A stretch of DNA of 64,000 nt, taken from NCBI GenBank assembly GCA_951406725.2, contig OX597840.1, forward strand, positions 21,638,001-21,702,000. The letters are read 5' to 3'. The notes under the pieces were generated by a model. It did not search any database. It saw only the letters and a program-made list of their open reading frames with translations, and was not told the DNA's origin. A program made the position numbers and the translations under genes. Positions 37,666-64,000 of the stretch are shown piece after piece; within the stretch, counting starts at the first letter, position 1; every line of letters starts with the position of its first letter. The stretch is from Octopus vulgaris (lineage: Eukaryota).

Positions 37666-38558
37666 TGACATAGTTACCATTGTAATCTTAACGAGTCGTT
37701 TGTGTTATTCATTTAATCTGAAAAATCAAACAGCCATGTCTCTGCCTACTTTGACAGGCACAGGCATGGCTGTGTGGTAAAGAGGTTCGCTTCTCAACCC
37801 TGTGGCCTCAGGTTCAACCCCATTGCATGACACCTTGGGCAACTGTCTTCTACTATAGCTCTCGGCTGACTGATGCCTCGTAAAGTAATTTGCTTGACAG
37901 AAACTAAAAGAAATTTGTTGTCTATATCTTCATCATCATCATTTTCCTCATCATCATCATCATCACCATTTAATGCTCCTTTCCTCATATTGGCATGGAT
38001 TGGATGCTTGAACAGAAATCATCAAGCCTGAGGACTATGCCAAGCTCCAGTTTCTGCTTTGGCAGGATGTCCTTCCTAATGCCAGCCACTTCACGGAGTG
38101 TACTGAGTGCTTTTCTCATGGCACCAGCACTAGTGAGGTCACCAAACACTGGCAAGGCCCCTCAACTGTGTGGAGGATTGTGTTGAGGGATATGAAAGTA
38201 TGATAGAGGGACAGGAATGTATAAACACCAGTTCAGTGCCACATGACAGCACCAGTATGGTGCCATGTAAAAGTGCCAATTCAATGCCATGTAAAAGCAC
38301 CTGTGCAGTGCCACGTAAAAGTGTCTGTGTGGTGCCACATAAAAAGCACCCGGCACACTCTTGAAAGTGGCTGGGGTTTGGAAGGGTGTCCAGCCATAAA
38401 AAAAACATGCCAAATCAGACTGGAACCTGGTGCAGCTTACCAACTCTGCTCAAACTGTCCAACCGATGCTGGCCTGGACAAAGGACGTTAAATGATGATG
38501 ATGATGATGATGATGAACAAGATTCTTGCTGAAGAAGTGACTACATGACTTTTTCATC

Positions 38559-38594
<36 letters not shown>

Positions 38595-39469
38595 TGATGT
38601 GAAGGTTCAAGGGGAATATGAGAGAGAGAATCAGGATTGAGGACCAGAACCAGTGAGTGGGTGGGTAAGTGTGCTGGAGTGGAAAGAGTTGATTAGAGAT
38701 GGAGATTGAGTTTGGATGTGATGGATATGAGTTTGGGAAAGAGGAAGAGAAGGAAAGGAAATAAGAGTGGATGAGGAAGGAGAAGGGGGTGATAAGGGAC
38801 TGCAACAGGGATACGATGGGAAGTCATCATTTAATGTCTGATTTCTATATTGACATGGATAGGATGGTTTGACTGGGCACCAAGCTGCAGGGCTGTCCTA
38901 AGCTCCGGTGACAGCTTTGGCATGGTTTCCATAGCTGGATGCCCTTCCTGATGCCAACAGACCAATAGAATAAGTACCAGGCCCCAAAAAAAATAAGTAC
39001 TGAAGTTGTTTCATTCGACTAAAAGAGTCTTCAAGGTGGTGCCCCAGCATGGCCGTAGTCTAATAACTGAAACAAGTAGAAAAAAAGGAGAGATAAAGGG
39101 AATGTGTGAAAGGCAAAGTAAAATATGAATTTTGAAAGAAGGGTCTGGAAAACTAGTTTTTAAACATCAAATGTCCATGGAAATCCATCCCAAGGGATTA
39201 GTAATGGAAGAGGCCCATGGGTAGAAATGGCTGAGAAATATTGTCTTAGACAAAATAAAAAGGTAACACTAAGGATTTCATACCCCATAAACATATTTTA
39301 GTAGTTTCTATCGGTAGGATGAAGTTCTAGGTATACCTTATATCAGTAATGTAGAGTGGGCAGGCCACAGGTGAGATTGCCCTCAACGCAAATTTTTTTT
39401 TAAATCCAGCTATTTTTAAAATTCTTCCGGAAGTGGTATGCATAGCCAGTCCACTTATGCATACCTTTC

Positions 39470-39876
39470 CTTCTTGGGACCCAAAACTCTACTTGTGAAG
39501 ACCTGTTGAGGCAAGTGAGAATCGGAATCAAAATCGCTCAATGGAAATTGCAGCTGAGATACCAGTGCTGGTGGCACGTAAGAGAACCATCCGTTCGTGG
39601 CCGTTGCCAGCCTTGCCTGGCCCCCGTGCCGGTGGCACATAAAAAGCACCATCCGATCGTGGCCGTTTGCCAGACTCGTCTGGCACCTGTGCCAGTGGCA
39701 CGTAAAAAGCACCCACTACACTCATGGAGTGGTTGGCATTAGGAAGGGCATCCAGCTGTAGAAACACTGCCAGATCAGACTAGGCCTGGTGTAGCCTTCT
39801 GGCTTCCCAGATCCCCGGTCGAACCGTCCAACCCATGCTAGCATGGAAAGCGAACGCTAAACAATGATGATGATGA
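39470..39876 (+). mobile_element. Retroposon family C with internal GTGGCACGTAAAAAGCACC repeats
   Basis: Related copies at 45940-46225, 58900-59330 (-) and 26780-27040; (GAT)n tail. Confidence 0.75.
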
Positions 39877-40837
39877 TTGTAAACTTTTGCAAAAGAAAGT
39901 GACTGGGGGCGAGGATAAAAAACATCACTGCAGTCCCAAATGTTTCAATTGGTCCTACACCACAACGGAACCTACGGAATCAAGCCAACTCTTTCGAAGC
40001 ATTAGCACAGGTGATGGCGAGGCTAAGGCACTGGAAAAGCCAAATGCCCTCCTGGTATCGGAGCGCAAAACTTGCCTTGCCTCTGGAGCTGCTGATCCAT
40101 GTGACACCACTGCTATATGTGGTGGTGGTGGTGATAGGGAAGAAAGATGTGATGGCTATGGTTGGAATACCTTTGAGCACAAGTCTGGTCGATCAGGACT
40201 GACTCAGAGGTTGTCTGTCCAAAGCATTTATCAAAACGTTTTCAGACTTTAAGTGAACCCTTTTTCCATACGTTTTGGGCAATATAAAGCTTTCCTTTCA
40301 CTCCAAGTTACTCTGGGGGTTGGGTAACAAGTTTGCTTCCTAACCACATGGTCTCAGGTTCAGTTCCACTGCGTGTCACCGTGGGTAAGTGTCTTTTGCT
40401 ATAGCCCCGGGCCGAGCAAAGATTTATTGAGTGGGTTTGGCAGACGGAGACAGAAAAAAAAACCGACACATATGGAGACGAAGGCAAATAAAAATTGCAT
40501 TACTTTCTGAATCACTCTTGCGTGTGTGTCTGTGTGTCCGTGTTTGTCCCCCACCACCTCCAGACAATCGATGTTGGTTTGTTTACGTCTCCGTAGCTTA
40601 GCATTTCGGCACAAGAGAGATCAATTGAATAAGTACCACGCTTAAAAAATAAATAAATAAATAGTGGGGGTAACCCTTCGAGGTGGTGCCCCAGCATGGC
40701 CACAATTCAACAACTGAAACAAACCATGATAAAAAATGTGTATCATATCCGATGCACCGACACCAGGGAAATATGTCCCGTATATCACCGGACAGAATGA
40801 CAACATTTAACAGGCCAAGGTTTAAAATAACAGTAAT

Positions 40838-41040
40838 ACCTATTTCTTTACTACCCACAAGGGGCTAAACGGATTAAGTCGGTTATATCGACCCCAGTGC
40901 GTAACTGGTACTTATTTAATCGAGCCCGAAAGGATGAAAGACAAAGTCGACCTCAGCGGAATTTGAACTCAGAACGTAGCGGCAGACGAAATACTGCTCA
41001 GCATTTCGTCCGGCGTGCTAACGATTCTGCCGGTTCGCCA
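40838..41040 (-). mobile_element. tRNA-derived SINE, family D
   Basis: Near-identical to 52655-52875. Reverse complement reads CTGGCAGAATCGTTAGC...GAGTTCAAATTCC...GTCGACTTTGCCTTTCATCC-like. Confidence 0.75.
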
Positions 41041-41101
41041 GAACGACCACATTTAAGAGGCCTAGGGTTAAAATAACAGTAATAACGTTGTTTATAGTCG
41101 G

Positions 41102-41169
41102 ATTGGCCAATGAGCATCGCCGTTACAAGTCGGTTCGGCAGCGCAGCCCATCGCCCAAACACCACGTGG
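41102..41169 (+). promoter_or_regulatory. DKC1 proximal promoter/5' UTR with CCAAT boxes and an E-box
   Basis: CpG-rich patch with palindromic ATTGGCCAAT (41102-41111) and CCACGTGG (CACGTG at 41163-41168) just upstream of the ATG at 41186. Confidence 0.55.
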
Positions 41170-41185
41170 ACCCAGCCAAGGCGTC

Positions 41186-61062
<19,877 letters not shown>

Positions 61063-61367
61063 ATAATATATATGTATGTTTGTATATATGAGAAGTACAC
61101 ATAGCAAATTAGGGAGAAGCACACCAAGGTAAGGTGGAAAAGGCTGATCCGGTTCAGCAGGGAAGTCCATTCCTCCATTCCTGCAAATCTGACTTAGCCT
61201 GGTTCATTCCTCAGTGGCCCCCACTTCTAATTTACTAAAGGCACTCAAAGGCCTTTGTAATATTGTTGGATTACAAATAGCATAGACTTCTGTGTACTTC
61301 TCAGACTGGCTTACTTAAAGGCACTATTCTGCTATATATATATATATATGTATATATATATAATATA

Positions 61368-61400
<33 letters not shown>

Positions 61401-61458
61401 TTATATATAATATATATATAATGTGTATGTGTGTGTAATATATGTATACATGTATGTT

Positions 61459-61493
<35 letters not shown>

Positions 61494-63659
61494 ATATATA
61501 TATTTGCTTTTCCATCAATGTAAACTTACAAAAGACCTATTGAGATCATTTTTCTGTTACATTTAATTCTTTCATAGAATTTTACACTCAATATTTGTTC
61601 TTCAACAAATCATGGACTCCAATGGTTTTCATTGACATTAAAAAGACAATACCTTTTCTTCACACCTTCTTGCATCATATTACAGCTGGTCATTGTTATA
61701 ACTTTACATCAATGGACACAATAAATCATTTTGAATTTTCCTTTTTCTTTAAAAAAAAAAGATCTTCAGGTGTTATGTTTGGGTTTTGGGGACAATTTGA
61801 GCCTTAATTGGTTGGAGAAGTAAAACAATTGTATCTTGTTTTGTGGATTTATGGATTGATCTGCATGGAAACGTGTTAAGGGACGTGGGCAACTTAAAGA
61901 TAATTTGTGAGAGGCTGTTTGTAAAATTTTCATCATCATCATCATCATTACTTAACGATCATTTTCCATCCTGGCATGGGTCGGACAGTTTGACAGGAGC
62001 TGAGAAGCTGGATGGCTGCCGAGCTCCAATTTCTGCTTTGGCTGGTTTCTACAGCTAGATGCTCTTCCAAACAATAATATTCATAGCAAACATTATATGC
62101 ACACAGAGGCAGCCAGGCCAATGGCACAGAGAACACCCAGCACATTTTGTATAAGGGGTTGTCCTTAGGAAGGGTCATCCAGCCATAGAAACGAAGCTAA
62201 AACTGACAACTGGAGCCTGACGCAGCTCTCCAGTCAAATAGTCTAACCCATGCCAGCATGGAAAATGGGCATTAAATGGTGATGATGGGGGTTATGTTGA
62301 GGTTCACTCAGACTGAGGTTGGTGAACAAATGAAAGAAAATCAGATAAAACATCTGTGGAATTCTCTGGAAGTATTTTCACCACAACAAGATGACTGGCA
62401 AATCCAAAATGGTTTTTTATGTATTTTGTTTGTTTCGTGTCTCATTTCAATCAAAATGCTGGTTAAAGAAAGGCCTTGTTGTGTTTGCAAGATAAAAAGA
62501 GTGTCTTGCACTTGCTATGGTTTCATATTTGAAGCTGGTTGATGAAGCAAGTCAAAAGGTGAGAATCCCTGCATATAGACGGAGCTTGATGGCTTTGTAT
62601 AGACAGACATTTCTACACAGATTAGGACCTGTACAAATCAATGCCACTTCTCCAGAAACTAAAGAAGATTCTATTTATTTGCCATTCTTCACTAACATTT
62701 TGTGTCCTCATCATCATCATTGTTTAATGTCTGCCTTCCATGCTGGCATGGGTTGAATGGTTTGACAGGAGTTGGCCAGGTAGAAGACTGCACCAGGCTT
62801 CTCTCTATTTTGACACAGGTTTTACATAAGTGCACAAAGACCTAACTCAAGAACCGAACACTGATGTGGACCAACTTTGGGATTCTTCAAATTGTGGAAG
62901 CTTTCTCTTTGCAAAGTAATTTACATATTCCTAAAAAAAAGACAAAACAATGGTTTGATTCCAGATTCTCAATATGTTTTGTCATCCATTACACATTGTT
63001 ATCAAATGTTTCACTGGGAGATTTTTTTTCTTCATTCAAAGGCTATTATGATGCAAAGCGCATTGTGACCAGCGATATGTAACAACATCCGATAGTCTGG
63101 TCAATCACATGATAATATATAAATTATTTTTAGGGTTCATTTTATTATTCAGGACACCAAGTGAGAGTCGAGGTCTGCACATCCGTACACACCCTTACAT
63201 AAACTTTCTAAAAAAGGAGCGGGTTGCACCATACGCGTGCATATATGGACATGTCCCTACACCTAAGCATACGTGTACTTCTGTGCACAATTATACACAA
63301 ACATATAAACATAAATGCACATGTAAATATATATCCATGCTCACCAGCGTTCAGGTTCACAGTCCAACATGAGTTTCAGGTCCAATAAGGGAAGGCTCCA
63401 GGTATGGGGGTTTATATATAAGGATGTGTCTGTGTTTGTCTCCCTGTCCATCCCCCCATCGCTTGACAGCCGGTGTTGGTATGTTTGCGTCCCCCGTAAA
63501 CTAGCGGTTTGGCAAAGGAGACCAATAGAATAAATAACAGACTTAGAAAGAATAAGTCCTGGGGTCAATTTTGTTCGACTGAATGTGGTGCTCCAGCATA
63601 GCCACAGTCAAATGATTGAAACAAGTAAAAGTATAAATATATATATACACACACACACA

Positions 63660-64000
63660 GGCGTGACTGTGTGTCAAGTAGCTTGCTTTTTAACCACATG
63701 GTTCTGGGTTCAGTCCCACTGCATGGCACCTTGGGCAAGTGTCTTCTACATATAGCTTTGAGCCGACCAAAACCTTGCGAGTGGATTTGGTAGACGGAAA
63801 CTGAAAGAAACCCGTGATATATAACAAACACAGACACATAGATATACACATGTATCTGTCCCTACATCATCACTTGACAACCAATGTTGGTGTGTTTCCA
63901 TCCCCCGTAACTTAGCGGTTCGGCAAAAAAAAAACTGATAGAATAAATAAAGTCCTGGGGTTAATTTGTTTGACTAAAACTCTTCGGGACTGTGCTGCAG
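63660..64000 (+). mobile_element. tRNA-derived SINE, family A (tandem with a partial copy at 63420-63630)
   Basis: Same head and body as 48553-48950. Confidence 0.75.

Noticed and set aside
61089-61303. RNase P/MRP RNA identity for the 3' UTR structure
   Set aside because: GGAAGTC/GACTTC resembles P4 only loosely, the conserved CR motifs were not recognised, and it is short

Overview
Eukaryotic, repeat-rich genomic DNA, most likely octopus or another coleoid cephalopod (inferred from the SINE, MITE and microsatellite landscape). It holds two spliced + strand genes. The first is a DPY19L1-like tryptophan C-mannosyltransferase with 21 coding exons visible at 9222-37115; its first exon was not found and probably lies upstream. 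The second is a complete 15-exon dyskerin gene (DKC1/Cbf5, 41186-61062, about 525 aa). Almost all ORFs in the supplied track are artefacts of repeats or microsatellites. The main unexplained signal is that much of the non-repeat, non-exonic DNA consists of about 120-400-nt blocks, with no evident similarity to each other, that can fold into compact multibranched structures. Their helices repeatedly use G-U pairs on the + (sense) strand, which suggests a dense set of structured RNA modules in introns, the DKC1 3' UTR and flanking DNA. All folds were found by eye and need computational confirmation. Other points: dyskerin has Gly at the position of human Ser121 (a disease allele), a duplicated Lys-rich exon, and there are Penelope-type hammerhead-like motifs.
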